Below, piece by piece: positions 1-8,905 of a DNA stretch of 58,811 bases. This stretch comes from a virus (taxonomy: Duplodnaviria; Caudoviricetes): IMG/VR virus record IMGVR_UViG_3300030328_004676, positions 1 through 58,811 of that record; one strand, 5' to 3'. The notes under the pieces were generated by a model. It was not told the DNA's origin. It did not search any database and worked only from the letters and a program-made list of their open reading frames with translations. A program made the translations under genes and the position numbers. Every line of letters begins with the position of its first letter. Position 1 is the stretch's first letter.

Positions 1-115
1 AAAGAGTGCTATATGAAACACCACCTTCTACAGAGACATCTGCCAAAGTGGTTGCTTTAACTGCGCCGATCATTACAGCGCCCATGATTAGTGTGTTAAG
101 AATAAGTTTCTTCAT
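1..115 (-). CDS. Secreted/outer-membrane protein, N-terminal fragment (runs off the window)
   Basis: Not in the ORF track. Read manually as MKKLILNTLIMGAVMIGAVKA-TTLADVSVEGGVSYSTL: a Sec signal peptide with an AxA-type cleavage site, then an alternating beta-strand-like segment. Preceded by a promoter. Confidence 0.65.
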   Translation of the reverse strand, partial: MKKLILNTLIMGAVMIGAVKATTLADVSVEGGVSYSTL

Positions 116-121
116 AAGAAT

Positions 122-150
122 AGTATATATTACAGAATTGTAATGGTCAA
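122..150 (-). promoter_or_regulatory. sigma70-type promoter, leaderless
   Basis: TTGACC-17nt-TATACT-6nt-ATG(115) on the minus strand. Confidence 0.7.
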
Positions 151-158
151 GGGAAAAT

Positions 159-374
159 TTATTCCTCTTCAGGAATTTCTGCTGGTGCTTCTATAGAGTC
201 AGCAAACTGGGGAGATGAGTCAACTTCTGGAGGTGGTCCAGCCGCCGATTCTCTTACTTTTCTAGCTAAAATTACTGCTGCTTCAGCAACATTCAAGCCT
301 TGAGACTTGACTGCAATATCCATTAATTGAATTAATGCTTGAAGCTCCTCTTCTGAAAAATCAATACTTGTCAT
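159..374 (-). CDS. Hypothetical acidic protein
   Basis: 71-aa ORF preceded by TTGATT-16-TATAAT. Confidence 0.6.
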   Translation of the reverse strand: MTSIDFSEEELQALIQLMDIAVKSQGLNVAEAAVILARKVRESAAGPPPEVDSSPQFADSIEAPAEIPEEE

Positions 375-413
375 ATATGAATTATTATAAATGGGTTTTA
401 AAAAAAATCAACA

Positions 414-683
414 TTATTTACCGCTAGAAAAGTAAAGTTGCCTCTCTAGTCTCCTAAATCTAGCATCAGAATGCCAAGTTTCATCCTGTTGGGGTGTATA
501 AATACCCTTACTTGTCTCTATTGGAATCCCTTTTGTCAAACTGAGAGTAGAAGGTTGATAGATGTTTAAAGGAGTTGTCTTCACGGATGAGTTCGTCGCG
601 CAAGAGATCAGCACGGTCGGCATCACCGCCATTAGCCCTAATATCTTCAAGTTCTTGAATAATTCTTTTTCTTTCTTCTTCAT
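414..683 (-). CDS. Lipoprotein, putative o-spanin (Rz1-like)
   Basis: Basic N-terminus, hydrophobic stretch and lipobox LISC; overlaps the upstream ORF in another frame; Pro/Thr-rich mature part. Confidence 0.55.
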   Translation of the reverse strand: MKKKEKELFKNLKILGLMAVMPTVLISCATNSSVKTTPLNIYQPSTLSLTKGIPIETSKGIYTPQQDETWHSDARFRRLERQLYFSSGK

Positions 684-774
684 GGTCTCGTTTTAATTGT
701 AGGTAGAAAGTCTTATTTTTTAAAGATAAAAATAACTCAATTGATTTTAAAACAGATTTAATTAAGGAAAGCAT
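508..774 (-). CDS. Putative i-spanin (Rz-like) coiled-coil protein
   Basis: Leu-rich N-terminus followed by charged helical coiled coil; its 3' part overlaps the lipoprotein ORF. Confidence 0.45.
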   Translation of the reverse strand: MLSLIKSVLKSIELFLSLKNKTFYLQLKRDHEEERKRIIQELEDIRANGGDADRADLLRDELIREDNSFKHLSTFYSQFDKRDSNRDK

Positions 775-1600
775 TGATGTTTTCTTCTACATACTGTTTT
801 ACACTTTTCCAGTCATATTCTCCTATAATTTCCAGTATTTTTGAATTATCGGCTTTTGTAAACTTTTGATATTGACCCTTTAATTCTTTCGGCATCGGAA
901 TTTCTTTAATTGCGCTATGAGAATTAGCTTTCACTATATCAGCTACATCACGGAAGGAAATTGGTTCGCCAGTCCCTATATTAAAAACACCAGAGGCATC
1001 TTTACTTAACATCCTAAGATGCATCTCACAAACATCATCAACAGAAACAAAATCTCTTTTATATTTTTCGCTATTCTCAAAAATTTCAATGTGACCATTT
1101 GTTAGAGCCTGTTTGATAAACTTAGAGACAGGGCTAGCTTGATTGCCTTTTTTGTCTTCTCCTAATCCATAAACATTAAAGTATCTAAACCCTTGGTATG
1201 GATAGTTTTGATGCATTAACCAACAGTCAAACATGTATTTACTAAAAGCGTATGGGCTAAGTGGTTTACAAAAATCACTCTCCTTGAAGCTTTTTGATGT
1301 GCCATAAACAGATGCACTGCTAGCGTATTGAAACTTTATTTCATAAAGTTCACATAACTCATACAGCATTACTGAATACTCAAAATTCTCCTCCAGTATC
1401 TTCTGGAGGTTTGTTTCGGTAGTGCTGGAATTAGCTCCAAGATGTATAACGATATCTTGATTGATTAAATCAGGAAGCCCTGAGTTCCCAAGTGTAATGT
1501 CAAACTTGGTGACATCATAGTCTCTATGAGACAAATAGGCGGCTAAAGTGCCGCCTATAAATCCCCCTGCTCCTGTTATTAATACTCTATTCTGTCTCAC
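758..1600 (-). CDS. rfaD: ADP-L-glycero-D-manno-heptose-6-epimerase
   Basis: ITGAGGFIG, HLGANSSTTE, YASSASVYG, PLSPYAFSK, RYFNVYG, RDFVSVDD, YQKFTKAD. Confidence 0.85.
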   Translation of the reverse strand: MRQNRVLITGAGGFIGGTLAAYLSHRDYDVTKFDITLGNSGLPDLINQDIVIHLGANSSTTETNLQKILEENFEYSVMLYELCELYEIKFQYASSASVYGTSKSFKESDFCKPLSPYAFSKYMFDCWLMHQNYPYQGFRYFNVYGLGEDKKGNQASPVSKFIKQALTNGHIEIFENSEKYKRDFVSVDDVCEMHLRMLSKDASGVFNIGTGEPISFRDVADIVKANSHSAIKEIPMPKELKGQYQKFTKADNSKILEIIGEYDWKSVKQYVEENINAFLN

Positions 1601-2051
1601 TTTCTTCTTCAGAAGCTTCTGAGTCTTCAGGTTTCTGTGGGTATTCTCCTTGAAGCAAACTGTCTAAGATAAAAGCTTTGATTACAGACTCATCAAAATC
1701 AGATTCACTAATTTTGAGTAGAATTTCGTCAAGTTCTTCATCCCCTGTTTCCTTCTCTAAGGCGGCTTTTGAAAAAAAGTTAAATGTTTCAGATACTGTA
1801 AAAGACTGAATTAGCTCGACAACTAGTTCATCATTCTTAAATGATTTTTTAAGAGAATAAGAAGAGTGACTTAACTTAGCCTCTTCATCTTTAGTCTCTT
1901 CAGATACCTTAACTTCCCCTCCTTGTTTTTTATACTCCCTTAAGGCCCAAATTTTTTTGGCATAAAGAGAGGCTTCGGGGAATTTGATATCAGCATCAAA
2001 GGATAAACTTTGATACAACTTATCATCTAAAAACGTGACAGTGTAAGGCAT
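1587..2051 (-). CDS. Hypothetical protein
   Basis: 154-aa ORF in operon orientation; GTGTAA motif 10 nt upstream. Confidence 0.6.
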   Translation of the reverse strand: MPYTVTFLDDKLYQSLSFDADIKFPEASLYAKKIWALREYKKQGGEVKVSEETKDEEAKLSHSSYSLKKSFKNDELVVELIQSFTVSETFNFFSKAALEKETGDEELDEILLKISESDFDESVIKAFILDSLLQGEYPQKPEDSEASEEESETE

Positions 2052-2067
2052 TTACAGACTCTTACAC

Positions 2068-2295
2068 TTATTCTTCCGTTTTTACCTCTTGATTTTCGGC
2101 TCTTGCTGCCTCCACTTTTGCAGTTAACTCCTCGAAAGCAGAATTTTTCTCCTCATCAGACATTTTGTCTACATTTTCTTCGACTTCTTGAACCGCAAGA
2201 TTATGCATTATATTGATTGCCTCTGCCAATGTGACGCGAGACACCATCTCTGATGTGAGCATTGCTTTTAAGCTTTGTGTTTCCTCTTCGGTCAT
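2068..2295 (-). CDS. Hypothetical acidic helical protein
   Basis: 75-aa ORF, tightly packed. Confidence 0.6.
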   Translation of the reverse strand: MTEEETQSLKAMLTSEMVSRVTLAEAINIMHNLAVQEVEENVDKMSDEEKNSAFEELTAKVEAARAENQEVKTEE

Positions 2296-2298
2296 ACT

Positions 2299-2511
2299 CT
2301 AGTCTTTTTCTTTACTGGCATAAATTCTTATGTCAGGCTGATTTGATCCTTTTTCCTTAAAGGAATTTGGGAAACAAACAATTTTTACATCATTACCCTC
2401 TGAATCTTTAATAGATCCACTGTAGTAAGATTGCTTTTGTCCGTCAACTCTCCAAAGAGCACCTAGTTCGCGCTCTTTCCATTCGTCTTTAGTTTTAGTG
2501 TTTTCACTCAT
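2299..2511 (-). CDS. DUF736-like small protein
   Basis: ELGALW...YYSGSI...KIVCFPN...QPDIRIY pattern. Confidence 0.55.
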   Translation of the reverse strand: MSENTKTKDEWKERELGALWRVDGQKQSYYSGSIKDSEGNDVKIVCFPNSFKEKGSNQPDIRIYASKEKD

Positions 2512-2513
2512 AG

Positions 2514-2678
2514 TTAAATATTTTTAAATCTTCCTTCGACGCTTTTCCAAAATTCTTCTGCGCCCATAGCAAGGTATCGTCCTTTTAGGGTCTTGTAAAG
2601 TTTTTTTTGAATATGATTGGCACTTTTTTTATCGTATCCAATAAGTTGACGAATTTTCTTAGCAGCAGAACCACTCAT
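2514..2678 (-). CDS. Small basic hypothetical protein (54 aa)
   Basis: Not in the ORF track: MSGSAAKKIRQLIGYDKKSANHIQKKLYKTLKGRYLAMGAEEFWKSVEGRFKNI. ATGA overlap with the Clp stop codon; fills the gap exactly. Confidence 0.65.
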   Translation of the reverse strand: MSGSAAKKIRQLIGYDKKSANHIQKKLYKTLKGRYLAMGAEEFWKSVEGRFKNI

Positions 2679-5017
2679 GCTTTATGATCGTGCTTACTTG
2701 CTGTTTTGTCAATAAAAAGTTTGATATTCTTTTCTCCTTTTAAAACACTATCAGAAACAAAAGGAGTTATCTCCGATAATATCTTTTTAGACAAAGCTTC
2801 TACTTTTATTTTTTCCTTAAGGATACTTTTAATGATTCCGTTAATATATTTAAAATCAAAACTTAAATCAATATTATTGTCTTTTAGCCTATTTTTTAAT
2901 CTTTTTAATTTCATCCACAAAAGTCTCCTTAAACCCTTCTCATCAATTTGCTTAAGAGGGAAGCACTCATCGACAAGTGAGAGTATGTCTGGATGAATCA
3001 TTAGGTTGTCCTTGTCTGAAACAACCTTCTGAAATCCCATAGCTGACTGACTGTTAGAGATGTCGCTTGTTAAGAATATTTTACAGTTTGTAAAATCAGC
3101 CATGTCCCCGTTACTCATTTGAAATTTACCATGCTTGAATATTTGATTAAATAAAGGTATTGCAGAGCTATCAACTTTGTGGAAATCATCTATGATGATC
3201 ACGCTATTCGGGGATATCAAAACTTTTTCGCATATAGATGTATTATTGCCTTGAGATGTCGCTATCTTGTGTGGCGCGAAAGCATCTGCAAAATGCACAC
3301 CACTGTAAGAAAGAACACTGACTCCGTGTTTTTGTAAAGTGTCTTTAAATAAATCTAAGAAATAAGATTTACCACTGAATCTTGAGCCGCTTATAACATA
3401 GCACTCTGGGGCAGAAAAATTATCTGTCTTTTTTATACCCAAACTAGATAAAATTATTTTATCTTTTAGACTCAGCAATAGCTCGTCTTGACCAACAAGA
3501 GACTTGCTAACACAAGAAAAAACTTTTTCAACCATTTTTTGATCGTTTAGAGGGTTAGCTTTCTTTTTAAAGAAGTCTTTGAGATGACAAAGTTTTACCT
3601 CTGGAATCAAATCTGAGACACCTTCTGTCCACTTTTCTAAGCTTTCATTTAACTTTTCTAAAAGTTTTATATGATCTTTTTTGGGGTCTAGAGCCGCAGC
3701 CATTGTCTCTTCTTGTTGACTTTTTATTGAGGGTGTAACGTGCCAAAAGTTTACTTTTGCCTGTGCTCCACAGTGGTCAATAATGTCGATGGCTTTATCT
3801 GGATAGAATTTATTAGGGATATATTTTTCGCAGTAGTCAATTATGTTTTCTAAAAACTCATCAGTATATGTAATACTATGAAAATTTTCATAATAAGAAA
3901 CTATAGTCGGTAAGATTTCCTCCATCTGAAACCTAGATGGTTCTCTAATTATGACACGCTCAAACCTACGATCTAGAGCAGTATCTTTTTTAATTGTGTT
4001 TGTATATTCATTGATAGTAGTGGCTCCAATACAACTTATTGTTCCTCTAGCAAGTTCTGGTTTGAGAATATTAGACGCTTCTAAAGAGTTGTTTGTCGCT
4101 CCTCCAGCACCTATCAATGTGTGAACTTCGTCAATAAACAAGATTAGGTTGCTATACTTCTTTGCTTCGTTTACAAAATCCTCTAAGCGTTTTTCAAACT
4201 GACCCCTGTATTCTGTCCCAGCAACCATACTAGATAAGCTCACGGAATAGATCACCTTGTTTGCTATAAGTTCAGGAGCGTCTCCAGCAACAATTTTACA
4301 AGCCAGTCCCTCGACCAAAGAAGTTTTTCCTGTTCCTGCTGGCCCAACCAAAAGTGCGTTAGGTTTCTTCTTTCTACAAAGAATTGTAGCCACCTCATCA
4401 ATCTTCCCATCGAAATCAACTATCTTATCGAACTCCTTATTTAAAGCTTTTAAGTTTAAGTTTTCTGCGAACTGAGAGAGTATCTCGTTCTTATCAAACA
4501 TGTCGATCCAGTCTTCAGGTGTATCCACATTCATTGAAGTGGTTACTTCATGTGGGTCAAAATCCTTAACGACTAGAGAACACTCTGTAACAAAACCTAG
4601 AAATATTTCATCCGAAAACTCGTCCTCTTTTGGAAAAAGGTTTTTTATTACTTTGGGACAATGCTCATCATCAAAGAAAACCATTAAGATTACTTCTGGA
4701 GGTATATAATCTAGCTTGAAGTTTTCTATAGAAAATTTCTCAGCTTCTTTTAAGAGTTTTCTAACATCAGTTTTTAAGATCTTTTTTGAATGTTTATTTT
4801 TGCGCTTTTTACTTAAAACGCTTCTAGATTCCTTTAATAGATCTTTTGGATCTACATTTAACTTTTTAAATATAGAGGAACAAGACTGTCCTAAGTTGCT
4901 CAAAAAACAATGAAAGAATAAATCAACATCTGCTCCATTCCTTTCTAGGATACCAGCGAGTTCCTTTGTTTTTTCTAAAACTCCCTCAATATGCGGTGTT
5001 AAAGGCAATTTATGCAC
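2675..5017 (-). CDS. ClpA/ClpC-like AAA+ ATPase
   Basis: Clp N-domain; D1 with GPAGTGKT, LFIDEVHTLIGAG, KPELARG, DTALDRRF, PDKAIDIID; divergent D2 with MGF loop. Confidence 0.88.
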   Translation of the reverse strand: MHKLPLTPHIEGVLEKTKELAGILERNGADVDLFFHCFLSNLGQSCSSIFKKLNVDPKDLLKESRSVLSKKRKNKHSKKILKTDVRKLLKEAEKFSIENFKLDYIPPEVILMVFFDDEHCPKVIKNLFPKEDEFSDEIFLGFVTECSLVVKDFDPHEVTTSMNVDTPEDWIDMFDKNEILSQFAENLNLKALNKEFDKIVDFDGKIDEVATILCRKKKPNALLVGPAGTGKTSLVEGLACKIVAGDAPELIANKVIYSVSLSSMVAGTEYRGQFEKRLEDFVNEAKKYSNLILFIDEVHTLIGAGGATNNSLEASNILKPELARGTISCIGATTINEYTNTIKKDTALDRRFERVIIREPSRFQMEEILPTIVSYYENFHSITYTDEFLENIIDYCEKYIPNKFYPDKAIDIIDHCGAQAKVNFWHVTPSIKSQQEETMAAALDPKKDHIKLLEKLNESLEKWTEGVSDLIPEVKLCHLKDFFKKKANPLNDQKMVEKVFSCVSKSLVGQDELLLSLKDKIILSSLGIKKTDNFSAPECYVISGSRFSGKSYFLDLFKDTLQKHGVSVLSYSGVHFADAFAPHKIATSQGNNTSICEKVLISPNSVIIIDDFHKVDSSAIPLFNQIFKHGKFQMSNGDMADFTNCKIFLTSDISNSQSAMGFQKVVSDKDNLMIHPDILSLVDECFPLKQIDEKGLRRLLWMKLKRLKNRLKDNNIDLSFDFKYINGIIKSILKEKIKVEALSKKILSEITPFVSDSVLKGEKNIKLFIDKTASKHDHKA

Positions 5018-7571
5018 CTCTCACCTCCCTTAGCTTCATGTATATATTTGTCTCCACTGGATTTATGTGATCTACAAAAAATGTATCCCTACTCTTTGAC
5101 CCGTTTAAAACTATAACCTTGTTTTTTGTTAGCTTGTATCCGCTTCTTAAGAAGTCAGATAATCTCTCCTCTCTAGCGTTATCCATGAAAAGAAAGTTTT
5201 TGGTTGCTGTGTTGTCACAGATTGAAATCATCATGTATTTGTTACCATTCTGAGATGTCCTAGTAAAGAAATCTTTTACCTCTCCCACAACTTGGAAGTT
5301 TTGTCTATCTACAAGATCCTCTATTTGTCTTAAATCAATCAAAGATGAGTATCTGTCTTGAAAGCATTCGCGAAGGTTGTGAGAATAACTATACCCAAGT
5401 AGAGAACTTTCATATCTCCATTTGGCAAACATTTCATGCTTTCTGTTTTGAGTATAGATTTTTTTATACTGATCGAATTTGGTTTTAAATGTTTTAAATC
5501 TCTTTTCAGACATGATCGGTCTGTTGTCATCTCCAAGAGTTTGCTTTTCTATAACCTCTGATATTGCCTTAAGAATATCAAAACCAAATCTTTCTCCAAT
5601 TTTAGCAAAGTTTCTCTTCTCCCTATCTGTCAACAGATTAAAGGCTTGAGCCTCTAAGACCATGCGAGTTCTATTGGTCCTCGCATGATCCATAGTTCCA
5701 GCTTGGATTAAGGCCGCAAGAACAGATATGTTGATACCGCACTGTTTTGCTGCTAGAAAAACTTCATACTTATTATTAAATTCTATGCCTCTAAAGTCTA
5801 TTAGGCTTTGTATTGATTTGAGTGAAATGCCCTTAATGCTATTTAGTCCATAGCGAATATTCCCATCTTCAATTGTAAAGTCAAAATCTGACTTATATAA
5901 ACAAGGAGGCAACATTTTCATCCCAAAGTCTGGAAGCTCTTCATTTACTCCAGAGATTGTTTGCAATGGTTCTGGGTCAAACTCAGCACACTCAAGAATA
6001 GATAGAAAAAATTCATGAGGATATTTGTGTTTTAAATAAACCGTTTTAGCTGCAAGATCTGCATATGCAAAACTGTGAGACTTGTTAAAGGAATAGTGAG
6101 AAGCGGCAACCAAGGAGTTCCAATAAAAGTCTGCTATTTCTTCTGTTAAGTCTCTGGATATAGCAGCCTCATAAATTCTATCCTTCCATTTAGGCATCTC
6201 TTCCACCTTTTTCTTACCAACAATTCTCCTTAAGACTTCAGCTTCCTCAAGCGTTAATCCAAAAACTTTATGAGCAATCTGCATTAACTGCTCTTGGTAA
6301 AGAATCACATTCTTTGACCAAGATAGAATGGAGTCAAGCTCTGGGTTTAAATCTAGTTGAGAAGGAAAATCTTTTTGTGTTTTATATACGCCAACAAATT
6401 CAAGAGCCGCTGGCCTAGCTAAAGCAACAACATCAGAAAGTTCATTTATGTCTTTAGGTTTTATCTCTCTACATACTTTAAAGTTCGTTTCTGCGGATAT
6501 TTGAAATAAACCCATAGGGTGTTTAAAGTCTTGCAATATCTCATAGATCATTTCATCGTTTGCGTCTATGTCTTCAATGTCTATACCCACCTTCTCGCAA
6601 GTTTTGTGAGCGATTGTTAAAGTCCTTAATCCTAAAATATCAAACTTAACCATGAGGTCTGCGACATCGTTCATGTCATAACCAGTGACTAAATCCCCAT
6701 CTTTTGTTTTTTGAAGGGGGACAATGTTTTCGATTTTCTCTGAACAAATAGCGATTCCCGATGGGTGAACTCCAGTATTCTTTGGTAAGTTTTCTATTTT
6801 TAAAGCATTTTTAAATGTCTTCTTATGGTTTTTCGCCCACTTTTTAAATTTATCTGTTTCTTCTTCAGCCTGACGCAAGGGGAAAACAACACCATGTAGT
6901 TTTGGTATCATGTCAGAAACCTGATTAGCCTCATCTTCCTTTGCTTCATCAAAGTATTTAGTAGCCTCTCTTATACAAAGTTTAGAACTAAAAGTATTGA
7001 ATGTTAATATTTTTGCTGTCCTACCCTCATGTTTACGCTCGATATACTGGATAACTTTATATCTTTGGTCATATGAAATATCTGAATCTACATCTGGTAA
7101 AAGACTGCCGACAAGAAACTCTTTCCCTCTTTTATCGGTAACTTTTTTGGCCCTTGATTTCGATACAAACCTCTCAAAGAAAAGGTCGTGAGGTATAGGG
7201 TCGATGTTTGTTACGCCAAGGAGGAATAAAACAAGAGAGCCAGCAGCAGAACCTCTGCCAGCGCCAGTAGGTATATTGTTGTCATGGCAAAAATTTAAAA
7301 CATCCCAGTTGAGAAGAATATAATCTGTAAATCCAAGTTCTTCAAATGTCTCAAGCTCTTGTTTAGTTCTATCAAAGTAAACTGTTTTGTTTTCTTGTTT
7401 TGTGATGCCTTTGTCCCTCAATCCTTTTCTGGCAAGCTCGTAAAGGATTTCCTTCGTAGAACTATCTGGATCAAGCCCGATTTCTTCTAGCTTGTCAGGG
7501 TTCACAATTGTTTTAGGGAGGTCTACTCCCGCAGGTTCACAATCGTCATATGGGGTGAAGTCTTCAAACAT
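5010..7571 (-). CDS. dnaE: DNA polymerase III alpha (DnaE) catalytic core, lacking the PHP domain
   Basis: GAGRGSAAGSLV, FERF, PDVDSD, GVHPSG, KFDILGL, YQEQLMQ, YSFNKSH, C-terminal OB fold. Confidence 0.92.
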   Translation of the reverse strand: MFEDFTPYDDCEPAGVDLPKTIVNPDKLEEIGLDPDSSTKEILYELARKGLRDKGITKQENKTVYFDRTKQELETFEELGFTDYILLNWDVLNFCHDNNIPTGAGRGSAAGSLVLFLLGVTNIDPIPHDLFFERFVSKSRAKKVTDKRGKEFLVGSLLPDVDSDISYDQRYKVIQYIERKHEGRTAKILTFNTFSSKLCIREATKYFDEAKEDEANQVSDMIPKLHGVVFPLRQAEEETDKFKKWAKNHKKTFKNALKIENLPKNTGVHPSGIAICSEKIENIVPLQKTKDGDLVTGYDMNDVADLMVKFDILGLRTLTIAHKTCEKVGIDIEDIDANDEMIYEILQDFKHPMGLFQISAETNFKVCREIKPKDINELSDVVALARPAALEFVGVYKTQKDFPSQLDLNPELDSILSWSKNVILYQEQLMQIAHKVFGLTLEEAEVLRRIVGKKKVEEMPKWKDRIYEAAISRDLTEEIADFYWNSLVAASHYSFNKSHSFAYADLAAKTVYLKHKYPHEFFLSILECAEFDPEPLQTISGVNEELPDFGMKMLPPCLYKSDFDFTIEDGNIRYGLNSIKGISLKSIQSLIDFRGIEFNNKYEVFLAAKQCGINISVLAALIQAGTMDHARTNRTRMVLEAQAFNLLTDREKRNFAKIGERFGFDILKAISEVIEKQTLGDDNRPIMSEKRFKTFKTKFDQYKKIYTQNRKHEMFAKWRYESSLLGYSYSHNLRECFQDRYSSLIDLRQIEDLVDRQNFQVVGEVKDFFTRTSQNGNKYMMISICDNTATKNFLFMDNAREERLSDFLRSGYKLTKNKVIVLNGSKSRDTFFVDHINPVETNIYMKLREVRGA

Positions 7572-8185
7572 TATAAGTCCATGTGTTTTTTGAGTTTTAA
7601 GAAAACTTTATAACACATTTTGATATCGTATAATGCATCGTGAAGTTTTTCTTCCTCGAAATCTATATCAAAAAACTTCAATAATTGATTTTGTGACACC
7701 TTTGCTTTTAGGGTTCTGTCATTTATTAATTTATACTGCCAGCTTAATAAATCACCTCTAGGTTTATCTAACTCTTCCCTGTATGCCTTCGCTAAAGCTC
7801 TTGTGTCATATATTCTTGGCAAATAAGAATAATCTGGCTCTTGCCCAAGCATTCTTTGTAAATGAGACACCATGTAAACATCAAAGCCAAGTAAATTCTG
7901 CCCTACTACAATATATTGTGGATCAAATAAATACTTTTCAAATTTTGACCAAACAGAAATCAATGACTCTGCTTTAGAATTATATACATCCCAATCAAAG
8001 CCAGTTAGTTTTCTGACAACTTCTGGAATGTTCAACTCTTTGTGTTTGATAAATTTATCATGTGTCTCAATAACATTCTTGCCTTGGCATACTATCCAAG
8101 ATAGCTGCCAAGTTTTAGAAGAGTGTAAATTTAAACCTTCTGTTTCTGTGTCGAAGACGAGATATTTTTGATTACTTGGCAACAT
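7571..8185 (-). CDS. DEDDh 3'-5' exonuclease (DnaQ/epsilon-like)
   Basis: VFDTETEG, GQNLLGFD, HDALYD. Confidence 0.88.
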   Translation of the reverse strand: MLPSNQKYLVFDTETEGLNLHSSKTWQLSWIVCQGKNVIETHDKFIKHKELNIPEVVRKLTGFDWDVYNSKAESLISVWSKFEKYLFDPQYIVVGQNLLGFDVYMVSHLQRMLGQEPDYSYLPRIYDTRALAKAYREELDKPRGDLLSWQYKLINDRTLKAKVSQNQLLKFFDIDFEEEKLHDALYDIKMCYKVFLKLKKHMDL

Positions 8186-8870
8186 TTTCTAAAAAGGATT
8201 CGTAGCTAAATTGATCAGAGCAGAAGTCGTTTAATCTTGGGTTACTGTATGTGGGAACCCTCCCCTGCTTGCGATTACAGATTGCTTTATACATTTGAAA
8301 TGCTTCAAAGTCTTCTTTATCTCTGTAATAAATACTCTTTGCTTTTTCTGTTTTTACGTTCAGCTTTTTAAGAGCATCGCTGATTTGAAAATCAAAAGGG
8401 TGACCGTTAGATTCTTCTATGTAAAAGTGATCATACTTATCTAGAGAAACATCACACATCCCAAAATGAAAGATATTGTTGAACACATAAGAATCATAGA
8501 AGGGGACTCCTACGCTGATATCGTCAAGTTCTCCTTCGCCTAAATCTGACATGTTTAAATATTCTCCTACGCTTGTAAAACACTTGGTATAAAGGTTTCT
8601 AGCAACGGCTACTCCCTTGTTGTTTTTTGGGAAGAAAATTAATTTACTAGGCTTTTCAGTAATGCTTGACTGAACGACAGGTAGTTTAACTCCATAGACC
8701 ATTGGAACTTCTATGTTTAAAAACGCCTTGTTGATGACCCTAAATCCATAGAAATTATCTTCTACTAGAATCATCTTTTTTACATCGCCCGACTGAGCAA
8801 TGTCTACTAAATCCTCAACTCTCAGCAATGATCTCCCAATGCTGAAAGTGCTTTTAAATAATGGTATCAC
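8172..8870 (-). CDS. Stand-alone PHP domain of DnaE, degenerate metal site
   Basis: FKSTFSIGRS..VEDLVDIA..LVEDNFYGF..FFPKNNKG resembles the DnaE N-terminus; GTG start. Confidence 0.75.
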   Translation of the reverse strand: MIPLFKSTFSIGRSLLRVEDLVDIAQSGDVKKMILVEDNFYGFRVINKAFLNIEVPMVYGVKLPVVQSSITEKPSKLIFFPKNNKGVAVARNLYTKCFTSVGEYLNMSDLGEGELDDISVGVPFYDSYVFNNIFHFGMCDVSLDKYDHFYIEESNGHPFDFQISDALKKLNVKTEKAKSIYYRDKEDFEAFQMYKAICNRKQGRVPTYSNPRLNDFCSDQFSYESFLENVAK

Positions 8871-8876
8871 TCCTGT

Positions 8877-8905
8877 ATATTACAGAAGCTCCATTGGTTT
8901 GTCAA
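8877..8905 (-). promoter_or_regulatory. sigma70-type promoter, leaderless, for the polymerase genes
   Basis: TTGACA-17nt-TAATAT-6nt-GTG(8870). Confidence 0.65.
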
